DNA of 64,000 nucleotides from Eledone cirrhosa (Eukaryota). The notes below the pieces were generated by a model, which made no database searches, was not told the origin of the DNA, and saw only the letters and a list, made by a program, of their open reading frames with translations. Below are positions 40,613 to 54,254 of this stretch, piece by piece (within the stretch, counting starts at the first letter, position 1; the number at the start of each line of letters is the position of its first letter). A program made the translations under genes and the position numbers. The stretch covers positions 63,364,001 to 63,428,000 of the forward strand of contig OZ024747.1 of NCBI GenBank assembly GCA_964016885.1, read 5' to 3'.

Positions 40613-42122
40613 AAAAAGCTCTGTAGCCTACATAGAGCACTCTCTTTTTCTTTACCTTTCCTACGGAAATACTTCATTTATATATATATATATATATATA
40701 TAGATATATAGATATCGGTATATATAGGTATATATAAATATATGTTCCTATAAAAATGAGAAAACTCATCGCTAGAACACGCATTAAAGTAGCCAAATGC
40801 TGTCAATGACAGCAATGGGCAAAATGCCTCTAAGGACAGAGACCAGTGGCTAGTGTTCACTAGAGAGATGCTCCATAAGCTGGGCAACAGGCAGATGAAA
40901 TAGAGAAAAGGTTGAAAGAGGAGAAGGACAAGTGTGTTCGCACATAGAATTGACTGGAAGAAATAAAGAAATGCGATTCACAAGACAAGTTCACACACAC
41001 ACACTCACATCTTGAAACCAGCAAAATGGCACTGCATGATATAATTTAATTGATGTTACCATTTTGAAATGCAACAGAAAAATATCTCTTTCTGCTGGCA
41101 TGGTGTGTATGTGATAAAACAAACAGCACAGGTAGAAGGATGAAAGAAGACAAATAAAATAAAATAATGTGATAATGCACAAGCTGTTGTGTCTATCCTA
41201 ATTAGAAAGCTAATCATAGCTATGATTAAGTTTCTTTAATAAATATTGTTGTCTCTGATCGAGATGAAGCAACAATGTATTTAAATTCAGCACAGGTGTT
41301 AAAACAGCCACAGCTGTCAATGACAGTGACGGGCAAAAATGCTTCAGAGAACAGAGACCTGTGGTTGGCAGAGAGACAATCCACAAGGTGAATGACAGGC
41401 AAATGAAGTATAGAAAAGATTGAAAGAGGAGGAGGACAAGGAGAAGTTGGATATATAAATAAACTTACAAAAAACTTCATATGGCCTTCACTGTACTTAA
41501 TATTCTATAATGTGCCTTTCTGTCATCATCATCATCATCGTTTAACGGCTATCTTCCATGCTAGCATGCGTTAGACGGGAATTGTCCCAGTTGAGGCAAG
41601 ATTGATTGGGTGACCATGTTTCGCACATGTATCTGGCAGGTTTTCTATGGCTGGATGCCCTTCCTAACACCAATCACATTTACAGTGTATTATTTATACA
41701 TTTTTTTTCTCACACATAGATGTGTGTGTATATATATATATATATATTGTTGGGCCCTTCAATGAGAAAGTCTGTCCATAGAATTAATATGCAAGTATAT
41801 GGGCCTTCCAAAGACACATGTACCCTTAATATAATTCTCAGGGAGATTGTGTGACACACTGAGTAACATAACTAACCTCTTGAATTACAAGTAACATTTA
41901 GTTGAGTGAACTGGAGTAAATTTAAATGGAGTGTTTTGCTCCACGAAACAAAGTTCCAATTAATCTGATAATTGAGCCGAATATTCTAATCAATAAGCTA
42001 TGTTCCCTCACACATACACACACATATATAAAATTATATATATATATGTGCGTGTGTACTTACATACACACACATATGTATATATAACTGTTAAATTTTT
42101 GGTTTGTAAGCAGAATGTAACC

Positions 42123-42189
<67 letters not shown>

Positions 42190-42805
42190 GTATATATATA
42201 AGTTACAATTTGCTTACAAACCAAAAATTTAACAGTTCAAGGCATTTAATTACTAACAATTGTTTCTTCCCACGGTGATATACCACATAGAGCATATCAT
42301 TTTATTCAACAATTTCCCATTAGGGAGTAAAGACTATTGGTTGTGATCAGAGATTAATTAGAATACCAATACAAGTCACTTAGGAAAAAAGAACAGATAA
42401 TATATATCGCTCATCAAAATTTCAAGATAAAAGTTTACAGTTCTAAATATAGTTCAGAAAATATAGTGTCAGTAGTGTTAAATGTTGTGTTTAATAGAAT
42501 GAATTGGAGTTTATATATTTTTTTTCGCATCATACGTGTGTGTATATATGGGAAGAAACAATTGTCAGTAATTAAATGCCTTGAACTCGTAAATGATCAG
42601 TTTCTAAGCAAATTACAACTATATACTGGCTCTGTATGATCCTATCATTGCATTGAGCTAAAAGACACCTAGTAAATGAGTAAAATTTACTCCCATTAAT
42701 ATTACTATGATATATATATATATATATATATATGTGTCTGATGGTAGCTAAGATGCTTCTATAGGCTGGTTGAGCACTCTATGCTCTTACAGAGCAGAGT
42801 ATGAT

Positions 42806-43085
42806 AGAATAGGAAACGAAAAATTAGTGATGCATCTGAACTCAATTTATTGCGTGTTACAATTGTTTCGCCAGCGGACAGCTCGAGACGCGATCATTGG
42901 GTGGATCTGTCTGATTCTGGACCCGCAGGTTCGACAGACACGTCTAATGATTTCTGAGCATATTCTCTGAGAGAATCAGACAGATCCACACAATGATCGC
43001 GTCTCGAGCTGTCCGCCGGCGAAACAATTGTAACACACAATAAATTGAGTTCAGATGCATCACTGATTTTTCGTTTTCTATTTTA
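42806..43085. repeat. Long inverted repeat (~112-bp arms)
   Basis: ...GATGCATCTGAACTCAATTTATTG...GGATCTGTCTGATTCT is mirrored from 42972 onwards. Confidence 0.95.
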
Positions 43086-43714
43086 TATACATATGCATGC
43101 TTATATATGTGTTTTTATAAATATGTAGACAGACACATATATATGTGTGTATTGTGTGTATGTGATTACTCTATGATGAACTATAAATATCATTGTATAA
43201 TTATTTTTTTATTTGGCTATGGTTATTTATTGTTTACTAACAATCTTACATTATATATTATTCCAAATTATCCTACTCATACCAAAGTATTATATATGAA
43301 TATATATATATATATATATATCCAGATGTGGTTGACTGCTGAAAGAAAAGAGTACTCACTATTGAAGTAAAGTTTTAATATTCATTTTATTAACGTTGAA
43401 CAGTGAGTCTTGTTACTCTGGAGATTCACCAGTTTATCATACCGCCATCAGATGACACTGTGATGAACAGGCAAAACTCCAGATTAACAAAACTCAGTAT
43501 TCAGCCTTAATAAAAAGAATATATATATTATATAATTTATTTATGTTCATAGACAGAACAAAGTGCTACTTAATGTCTGAGAGCTCAATGTTGATCTTAT
43601 TTCCAGATAAGAAAATTGTGACTTAATCTCCAAAAGCTTAGATGAGTTAGTACTTTTCTTCCTCATCTGAACACTGTTTTCATATTCCCTTTTCCACACC
43701 TACGGATTTTTTCT

Positions 43715-43968
43715 ACACATATATATATATGTATGTATGTATTTAAATATACATATATATATATATAGATATGTATGTATGTATTTAAATATACAGATAT
43801 ATAGATATGTATGTATATATATATGTATGTATGTATTTAAATATACCTATATATAGATATGTATGTATATATATATATGTATGTATTTAAATATACATAT
43901 ATATAGATATGTATGTATTTAAATATACATATATATATATAGATATGCATTTATGTATATATATATAT
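43715..43968. repeat. AT-rich minisatellite (~30-45 bp unit containing GTATTTAAATATAC)
   Basis: At least five copies of ATGTATGTATTTAAATATAC. Confidence 0.85.
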
Positions 43969-44226
43969 GCACATTCATCGGTATGAGTAGGATATTTTGG
44001 AATGGTATTATATATGATGATTTGTTAGGAATGAAATATTTCTAGTCCTGTAGAAGTCATCTCTATATTAAAATAAATATACCAATACTATAGTAATATA
44101 TTGAGTACATTCTTTGTCAAGAATTACATATTATATATATATATATATATCATACACACACAGATATCTATCTATGTATGTGTGTGTGTATATGTATATA
44201 TACACACACATACATATATACTTACT

Positions 44227-44270
<44 letters not shown>

Positions 44271-44304
44271 TATGTATATATATACACACACATACATATA
44301 TACT

Positions 44305-44348
<44 letters not shown>

Positions 44349-44644
44349 CATACATACTGACACATGCGACACATGCATATATTACTCTAGAATTAAAGAC
44401 ATTAATAAATTTCCTTGTACATAAATGCAATCAGATTGGTGGCCAGAAATTATATTGCTATTTATTATTCCAAATATGTTCCATAATTCTTACAGAAGTT
44501 TGATATTGTATATGTCTCTGTTTTGAAGTCTGTGGTGAACAACCCCTCCTTAAAATACTTTCTCCTCCCTTGTCCTCTTGGATTTTGTTAATTCTGGCTA
44601 AAATAGTTGCCTGACTGAGTTCATCTTTATACTCTGTCATGCAG

Positions 44645-44758
44645 ACTGATACACTCGACATGCAGAATACCACAGAGTCCAATGCCCCTCTGTCAAATGG
44701 GCCTCCTCCTCCGTTAAATGCTTCCATGGACTTCTCAGAGACAAGTATTGCGAGCTCT
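44645..44758 (+). CDS. Candidate internal coding exon of an unidentified host gene (114 nt, phase 0-0; TDTLDMQNTTESNAPLSNGPPPPLNASMDFSETSIASS)
   Basis: Branch-like CTGAC at 44611, pyrimidine-rich tract, CAG acceptor 44642-44644, 38 open codons, then a consensus donor TCT|GTAAGT at 44759. It is GC-richer than its flanks, lies in a ~450-bp microsatellite-free island, and encodes an S/T/P-rich disordered-type peptide. Confidence 0.6.
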
Positions 44759-44939
44759 GTAAGTAGACTAGACATTTTCTAAACCTTTTCACCTCTGGTT
44801 GTCTTCTGTTCAACATTCTCCTCGTTGTGTCATTTGCAACATATCTGTCCAGTCAAGTCATATATATATTTATATATATATTTATTTATTTATTATTTAT
44901 TTTTTTTTCTAAAATCCCAATCTGATCCTGTGTGATATA

Positions 44940-44993
<54 letters not shown>

Positions 44994-45849
44994 TAATACT
45001 ACTGCTGTTATCGTTATTAATACCCATTTTTGCTTGCTCTGTGTTATAAATTCAACGTAAAAAGGGATATTATGAAGTTATGTGTTAAATTCTAAATGTT
45101 ATTGAAGTTGTTGTGTGATTATCAAAAGTATGGACATCTCAGTGTTTGTGAAATAACTCTCTCTTATATACACACACACACACGTGTGTACATATATATG
45201 TTTATGTTCACATATATATATGTACAAGGACTTGCACATATATATAAATATATGCATATATATATCAATATATATATATATATATATATAGATAGATACA
45301 TATATATATGTATGTGTGTATATATATATATATATATGTTTGTGTGTGTATATATATATACATATATATATATATATACATGTATATATATTTACGTGTG
45401 TGTGTGTGTGCATGTGCATATACCCACAACCAAATCCCAAACTTTAACCCCAGTCTATTATAGTGACGTTAACTCTATGGATGTACCACAAAATTCAATT
45501 ATAGTGCTTATTAAATATAAAATAACATAAAGTAGACTATAACAACGTTGGGCAATGCTCCATACTTCATTAAAAACCATTGGATGTCTAATTAGATTAA
45601 TTGAATTAAATGTATGTTAGATTGAGTGAAATAGCTAAATTATTTTCATCGCCTATTTATATAAATTAACTCATCGTCATCGTTTAATGTCTACTTTTCC
45701 CGCTAACATAGGTTATTAAAATCTCATGAATTAGCATAAAGTAAAATTTTAAATTAATAATACTCTTATTATTTTTACTATTAATGATGTAGAATATTAG
45801 ATATGTTATTTACTTTGAATTTCTACAGTTTAATTAAACTACAGGACAG

Positions 45850-46350
45850 ACGAATGGAGCTAGGTGTAAATGTCAAACTCGCTTTCTTCAATTCGGTATT
45901 CATGCCAACCTTTACCTAGGTCATGTATCTTGGGTAATGATTGAAAGAATACGATCGGGAATACAAGTGGCTGAAGTGGGGTTCTTCAGAAGGGTTTTTG
46001 GAGTAACATTACTTGATAGGGTGCATAGCTCAGAAATCAGAGAGTCACTCCAGGTAAATCTGCTACTTCTCCGAAGCGAGAAATCACAGCTCCAATATTA
46101 CGAGCATGTGGTTAGAATGTCTCAGAAAACAATCATTGGACAGATTTTACAGGCAAAACAATCCAGCAGGGGACCCAGGAATAGACCCTGAGCAAGATGG
46201 TTGGATAGCAACCATGAGCTTGGATGGTCTCACTTGGGGATCCAGCCGAATTAGTTGGAAACAGTTGCTTCTGACAGGATCCTCTGGAAGGAGTGTTTGA
46301 GGACTCTGCCCCCATGACCCTCTCAGGAATAAGTGGGAAAAGAAGAAGAA
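45850..46350 (+). mobile_element. RTE-clade LINE 3' fragment
   Basis: RIRSGIQVAEVGFFRRVFGVTLLDRVHSSEIRESLQV...EHVVRM...RP is the RTE C-terminal motif; (GAA)n tail. Confidence 0.85.
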
Positions 46351-46367
46351 AATATAAAATTATATTA

Positions 46368-46882
46368 CTGTATATACTTGTATATAAGCTAAGAAATATG
46401 TGACAAAAAATTGCTGGTAAAATAGATGGTGACTTATATTTGAGATCCATATTTTGTAAATTTTCATCAACTTTAAATTCTATGTACATAAAGGGCTAAA
46501 ATATTTTCGCTTTGGCGGTGAATGTTACACCAGTTTTACTTTGTAGGTGAATATTACACTGTTTCATTTTTGACTTAAAATCTATATTTCCTTTTGTTTC
46601 CGATATCGTATGAATGAATATGTCCTTGAAACTGGTCATAAATTGGTAAAAGTCATTATGTAATGGAGTTGTGAAAGAAAAACTATACTCTAAACAACAC
46701 TTAAAACTTTAAATATCAAAATATTAAAACTTCATAAATATATTCTCCATTCATGAGAATTTCAAAACAGTACCATCTAAACATTCATTAGCTGCCTCGG
46801 TTTATGAACAGCATTTGGACTTCTGCCCATTTCTCGGACATAAAATAGAGGAGTGTGTCGGCTTATATTCGTGTATATACAG
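46368..46882. mobile_element. Tc1/mariner-pogo (Tc2-like) non-autonomous DNA transposon
   Basis: Imperfect TIRs CTGTATATACTTGTATATAAGC and GCTTATATTCGTGTATATACAG, TA on the left, and a subterminal GACTTATAT motif. Confidence 0.6.
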
Positions 46883-49014
46883 TTAGTCAAATTATGTCAA
46901 ATAACATTATATTGGAAATGGGTTTTTATTTATATCAATCACATTCAACTCCTAAATTTAATCTATATTTAAAGTAATGAAATAAAAGATTCATAATATA
47001 ATAGATTTTTAATGGCATTTTTCTTGATTAAGTCAATTATGTTATATGAAAGCGATGTGGGATTAGACTTAAACTAATCATACTCAGTTCAAATTACATA
47101 AATATGACTTAGAATGATTTTAAGTAATTAAATGAATGAATAAAAGTGTGCTTTAGTTTCCTTGTATCATTGTGTAAAGTGTAGAAAATTGTGATTTATT
47201 AACACAGCTACCTCACTGCAAATTGAATATTAATTGCTAAAAGTATGATGATAAAAAGAGTTGGGGATGTTACTGTGCTATTGTTTATTGGAGCTTACAT
47301 ATTTGGATATAATCACTTCATTAAAAGAATAAATGAGGAAACTAATTAGGAGCAGGATATTTTTCGTAATTTTTCTGCAGGTTTATGGTGGGGAAGGATT
47401 TGCAAATAATTTTAGCTAGTAATACTACCGATACTGACAATACACTGCCCTAGTAATATAATAATGGTTTGTTCTTTTAGCACAAGGCCAACAATTAGCC
47501 TAGTGCATTACTGGTACTTTATTTTATCAACCCCGTAAGGATGAAAGGCAAAGTTAACCTCAGCGAGATTAACTTTGCCTTTCATCCTTACATAATATAA
47601 TAATGGTTTCTGATTTAGGCACAAGGCCAGCAATTTAGGAGAGGGAAAAGTCAATTAAATTGACTCTAGAGTATTACTTCTACTTTATTTTATCAAACCA
47701 AATCTAATAATGGCAGGATTTGAACTCAGAACATAAAGGGACTTAACTATATGCTGCAAAGCAAGTTGTCCAATGCTCTGCCGATACTGCCAATCTACTG
47801 CACTTGATGATTAATGTTAAAGATTAATGATTAATGTTAAAGATCAGGTGGCAGTTTTGGGCTATTGAGACTATTCTCTTATTCTATTATGTGTTCCAGG
47901 TGAAAGGCTGGGGCCATGCTGGGGCACTGCCACATGGTTAGAAAATTATTAGAAGCTGTCTTTTCTTAATTTGAGATGAATGTGATTGATTTTAGTAGAA
48001 CACCTCTTTTCTATATAATTTAACTTAATTTGATTTAAAGTTAGGTAGTCTAAGTGAATTGAAGAGAATACTGTAGTAACCCTGAGCGATTTACATAACT
48101 AACATTCCACTATATTAAGTTGAAACTTGGAATCATTAATTTACAGTTTTAATTTATGCTAATTTATGAAATTTTACTTTGTCATTTTAAGGTGGTTATG
48201 GATCAATATAATCGATTTCACTCATAATAATTTAACTTAACTTATAAAATAGATTTAATTTGATGTATCAAATTATACTTCCATTGGTACTAACAGGAGT
48301 AAGAGACAATGCGCAACAAAAAACCTCATCTATTTGTCTCACCTTAAAACGAATGCTTTTCATTAATTGAGCATAATAATAGAAACAATTAATTGAGCAT
48401 AATAATCTGGTATTATTGTCCATTCATTGAGTTAACATAATCACAATACTCAGACTTATAACTTGTGTTTGTTTGTGAATATATATATGTGTGTGTGTGT
48501 GTCAGTTAGGCTGCTCAATTTTATTGATTACTGGAGGTTGCACAAATATCAGCGTTCATATATTATGCAGTTTCAATTTAAAATTTTTGTATTTCATATC
48601 GAACATTACATATGTTTCACAGATGATTGGCTCTATGGCTGTGTTGATGTTATGATCCTGACGCCACTAACGATCTGCTCAAATAGAAGGCCTAAAGATA
48701 AAAATGTTTTCATCTGGAGGTCCCAAGATGATCAGATCATTACTGCTGTCAGGACTAACATATAGATAAAAACCTAGAGCTAATCATCTGGGAAGCATAT
48801 GTAAAGTTCAATATAAAGAAAAACTTATCTCATGCATAATTCACTAAGAGAAATAGAGAAAAATATGTTTGCTTTGATAGCGATGGTCCCATACATTTAA
48901 AATATATAAACATGTAGTATATTCTTTCATATACACTCCTATTATGCTTAAACACTGTCTTGGAGCTACTGCCAATTTATATATATATATGAATGTATGT
49001 GTATATATATATAC

Positions 49015-49058
<44 letters not shown>

Positions 49059-49138
49059 TATATATATATATATATAAATGTGAACCTAATGCCTAACACC
49101 TATCGTAACTGTACTCCTTGTTGTTATTTACCTTTCCA

Positions 49139-49174
<36 letters not shown>

Positions 49175-49967
49175 TTATATATATATATATATAGTTGTAG
49201 TTCCTGTCTGTTTGTTTGTTCATGAACTCCTATGGTTTTGGAGATAGACCCCCATAACCATATATATTCTGAAACTACATTGCCCAGGGTACTTGGATAA
49301 GTATATTTAATTTTAATCAAAGAGTTCCCTGGGGGCACAAACCCCTGCTGAAAATTTTTTCTCTTCGAATTATATGATATTTAAACCATAGGTAAATCAC
49401 AAGATATGATGCCTATTCACAAAAGTTTTGAATTGATATTTTGAAAAAAATTATTTACAATAAACAAAATAAAATAAGATTTAATAATGTAATTTTGATT
49501 TGATATATTACAAAAAATGTTTTCCAAATTTTCATGCATTACATTTTACATTGAGTAATATTGAAATGCAGCAGAGTTTTTCTCCATAAATAATATCACT
49601 GATTTAAAATAAATCATCATTTTCTTACAAAAAAAAAAAATGTGTGAAATGCAGCAAGGCAGTATATATATATATATGACATGTAATTATTAAATACTTT
49701 TAAAATTTTGATATGCTTCATTTGGTACTGTTGCTGATTTTCCTCAAAACAAATGTGTTAAATTATTGTTCTGGTAAAGATTTGAAATATATTTAATGAA
49801 TGACACCATCTCCTGATGATCTAATACTGAAATGGATAGATTTCAGTGCAGAGCTTTCACTTCTAATTTATATAAAAACACTTCTATCTTGCAAACTATC
49901 TACAAACACACATATACATAAACAATATATTTATATGTACACACATTTATATATATATATATATATA

Positions 49968-50345
49968 TCATCATCATCATTTCATCATTTCATTTTATGT
50001 CCGCTTTTCCCTGCTTGCAAGGGTGGGACGGGAACTGATTCTGGCTTGATTTCTACAGCTGGATGCCCTTCCTAACACCAACCTCATTTACAGTGAGCGC
50101 TGGGTGCTTTTTTGCCGTGGCCCCTCCATGACCACTTTGCAGTGGAATGATATGGACCCCAGTCCCTATCATCTCATTTCTACAGCTGAGTAAACTGGAG
50201 CAATGTGAAATAAAGTGTCTTGCTCAAGGAAACAACACATCACCCGGTCTGGGAATTGAACTCACAACCTTTCAATTGCAAGGCCAATGCTCTTACCACT
50301 TAGCCATGTGCCTCCATCTCTAACCACTTAGCCATGTGCCTCCAT
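49968..50345 (-). mobile_element. SINE family A, full length, with a tandemly duplicated 5' end
   Basis: Reverse complement of family A. ACCACTTAGCCATGTGCCTCCAT is repeated with a 28-bp period. Confidence 0.9.
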
Positions 50346-50757
50346 ATATACACATACACATTTATAGATATATGTGCATACACATATATAAGCATGTAAA
50401 CATACATATATACATATACATGTGTGTGCATGTATTTATATATATATATATATATGTGTGTATGCTTGTCTGTGCATATGTACAACAATGTATGCACATT
50501 ACGTATAGATGTCTACTCATTTAATTATCTCGACTTTTTCAAGACAAGTATTCTACTGATGAATTTTATATTCAAAATTGATATTTGCTAAGTTTTTTCA
50601 AACCATTTTATATACACATATTAAATATGCATTTGTATACTCTCTCAGTTGCTCTCTATACATAATATGTATGTATATATTATATATAAATTATATATTT
50701 ATATATATATATATATGTATATCATATGTATGTATATAAATTACATGTATCTCTCTC

Positions 50758-50810
<53 letters not shown>

Positions 50811-50887
50811 GCATATGTATATGTGTATCTGTATATGTATATATATCTTTATATATATATATGTATTATATATATATATATAATGTC

Positions 50888-50919
<32 letters not shown>

Positions 50920-51641
50920 CATTTATTCTATATGGATCAGGCATACACAATCACATACAAATGTCTCTATATGTACTCACATAATTATCCATCAGAAAAA
51001 TTCAGTTCTCTGTAGATTAATGGATTTTGCTTAGTTGTGCTACATTTTAAATTCTTTCTCCATTTGTTGTTTAAATTTCCTCTCTTAACGAGTGTGTAAA
51101 TGTCTTATAATTTGATATTCTCTTTAATTCATCATTCTTCTCACGTATTTATCTAAATAACTTTATGCTTGAAAGCTCATAAAAATTACGTTTGGTTTTT
51201 TGTTTTCAATTCATAATTTCATTGATGCTCTCTTTAAAACTCTGCAGAAATATTTATATGCAAAAATGTAGAATTTCTGTTACATCATATTGAAAGAATA
51301 TAAAAAGATACTTCGATAAATTTGTAAATTTATAAATGTGTATTTATGTGCTAAAGCATGCATGTGAAAGTGTTTCTAAGTCTGTGTGTGTAAATATGTA
51401 TGTATATATGTATGTTTGAATGTATGTATGTTTGTATGTATGTAATGATGGGGGATAAAAAAGCAATTTATTTTGGAAAGAGTTAAAATATTTATAAAAT
51501 ATTACCGGAAAAAATATTTTTGCTTGAAAACAAATATATTTTCCATTTCAGTAAAAGTTATATTGAAAAACATATTGGGTAATTTTTCACAACTATCATT
51601 TTACACTTTTATATTAGGACCTTGATAATTTTGTGTTTCTA

Positions 51642-51707
<66 letters not shown>

Positions 51708-51714
51708 TATATAT

Positions 51715-52107
51715 GCCTTTGTCAAGGCAGAATTCTAGGAGAAGGAAAACTCTGATATAACACCTGCAACCCTGATGGTATCCAATGATGTTGACTTGTT
51801 CTTCTTTTTGGTAAATATCATCTTGGTTAAGAGAGTGGGACTGGCTTTGTGCAGTGCCTTTGCTCACTATAAAAGCTTCACGGCACAGGCATTGCTTTAT
51901 ATCTGGAGATCTCTCTGCACTTGTCATCACATGGTACCATGGGCCCAGCACTGTGTGTCAATAATTGTCACAAGTGTAGTGTTTGTACCAGAGTTTTCAA
52001 GTCGCTGGCTGGACTAAAAAGTCACACTCATTCAGTGCATTGGTAGGAGTTCTCCTACATGGATATAAAGTAGTGGCCGTATTCGAAAACGAGTTGGCAG
52101 CCACCAT
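51715..52107 (+). mobile_element. Non-autonomous RTE-derived element (5' UTR-like segment fused to a C2H2-finger 3' end)
   Basis: TCTAGGAGAAGGAAAACTCTGA motif followed by CSVCTRVFKSLAGLKSH...H and an (AT)n tail. A near-identical inverted copy is at 55962-56428. Confidence 0.75.
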
Positions 52108-52523
52108 ATATATATATATATATCTATCTATCTAAGGCGGGTAAAATTCCCGAGATCCATGGACGAGTTCTCTCCAGCAGTCTCTGTCCCTCATTATCGC
52201 TGCCATGTCCTGCGTCTCCAACATATATATATATACACACACACAAACAAACAAAATAAAACAAAATATATATCAGTCCTCCCAATGGCTTCATTATAGT
52301 ATTATGATAGGTATGGCAGTCAGGATTTTACCTATCTCTCTCTATCATCATCATCATCATCATTTAACATCCATTTTCCATGCTTGCAAGTTAGACGGGC
52401 TGTCCACATCATGAGACAAGTCTATCCAGATCCAGATTGGCTGCACAGTACCTTATTCAGACGGAACTGTAAATTTGACTGGGTTTTTACAGTTGGATGC
52501 CTTTCCTAATATATATATATATT

Positions 52524-52864
52524 GGAGGCACATGGCTTAGTGGTTAGAGCATTCGCCTTGCAATCGAAAGGTTGTGAGTTCAATTCTCAGACCGGGTAAT
52601 GTGTTGTTTCCTTGAGCAAGACACTTTATTTCACATTGCTCCAGTTAACTCAGCTGTAGAAATGAGATGATAGGGACTGGGGTCCATATCATTCCACTGC
52701 AAAGTGGTCGTGGAGGTGCCATGGCAAAAAAAAGCACCCAGCACTCACTGTAAATGAGGTTGGTAATAGGAAGGGCATCTAGCTGTAGAAATCAAGCCAA
52801 AAATCAGTTCCCGTCCCACCCTTGCAAGCAGGGAAAAAGCGGACGTAAAATGAAATGAAATGAA
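52524..52864 (+). mobile_element. SINE family A, full length
   Basis: GGAGGCACATGGCTTAGTGG head through an (AAATG)n tail. Confidence 0.9.
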
Positions 52865-52917
52865 TATATATATATATATTATATATGTATAAATATATGT
52901 ATGTATATATTAGCATG

Positions 52918-52964
<47 letters not shown>

Positions 52965-53065
52965 GCTAATATATGGAGCGCTTGCCACACATCTCGGAAG
53001 TTATTTTTCGCTAATTTCCAATAGCCGAAATACGATTCTCGCTAATTTATATTTATATATATATT

Positions 53066-53138
<73 letters not shown>

Positions 53139-53562
53139 CTCTATGTGATGGTCATGCTTTGATACTGTGAATATAATTTTATATATTACGATTTTGACCC
53201 TCCAAACATAAAACAATATATATATAATAGGCCCCTACACTCTGAGTTCAAATTCCACATCGTCAGCTTTGCTTTTCATTCTTTAGGATCGATAAATAAA
53301 GTACCCGTCCTGAGTGGATTGTCAGAATTCTAAACAATTGAACATGATGATTTACAATATATCATAGGCTCTGCGTGTTCTGAGTTCACATCCCATATCT
53401 TTTTGTCAAGAAGTGTAAGCATACAAACAGTACCAACAATGGAAAGACCAATAGAAGATTTTGGTTTTCTGTGGCCCAATCCAACAATCTCCTCCTTTCT
53501 TTTCCAATTATATATATATATATATATATATATGACTGTTATAGTCAAAGAGTCAAAGCAGG

Positions 53563-53644
<82 letters not shown>

Positions 53645-54254
53645 TACATAGATAGATAGATATGAACTTTGCTTAGCTAAAAGTTAAATACATAAAGCTA
53701 TCTATGTTTTTATGAGTTTTTTATTTCTTTTTTACTAGTACTTTTATGTTTTTCATTATTTCATGTAGGCATTATTTCAGTAGATCGAATATGAACATTA
53801 ATAATAACTATTATAGTTTGACTCAAATATACCATGACATTTATTGCTATTTAACTATCAAATTAATGTCCTTTTAGTTCTCAGTTTTTTGTCGGAATAC
53901 ATATATGGTATTTATATATAATATATATGTTGCTGTCTTAACTAGTTATGTAAATGTATGTCAGCTTATCTCATGTTATATATACAAACATATATAGTGT
54001 ATATAGTAATATATATTATTAGAATTAACTATAGAGATAAATATATTTACTGTTTAACTTATTTTTTAACTGTCTTGTATTGTGTGTTTAATATACAATG
54101 GTTCTGGTCATGCTTGTTCCAGTTGTTTGAACAATGAAGCAGCCTAAACAGGAAATTTAGGTTCAAGTGGCTGAGCATTCTAAAAACATACCTTTAACAT
54201 TGCCATCCAGGAGATCCAGCATAATAGAGTGTCTTTTTGTATTTATATACACAA

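Noticed and set aside
44458-44775. 105-aa minus-strand ORF
   Set aside because: It has no recognisable domain and is better explained as the antisense shadow of the + strand exon with canonical splice signals.
47900-47936. Possible 37-nt microexon (CCAG|GTG...ATG|GTTAGA)
   Set aside because: The donor is weak, the length is not a multiple of three, and GCCATGCTGGGGCAC resembles a repeat-derived motif (compare ~59312). It cannot be supported without RNA data.
49195-49660. Possible second Helitron-like element after (TA)n
   Set aside because: The 5' region is suggestive, but I found no 3' hairpin plus CTRR terminus.
49808-49845. CUGAUGA...GAAA on the plus strand
   Set aside because: No stem II.
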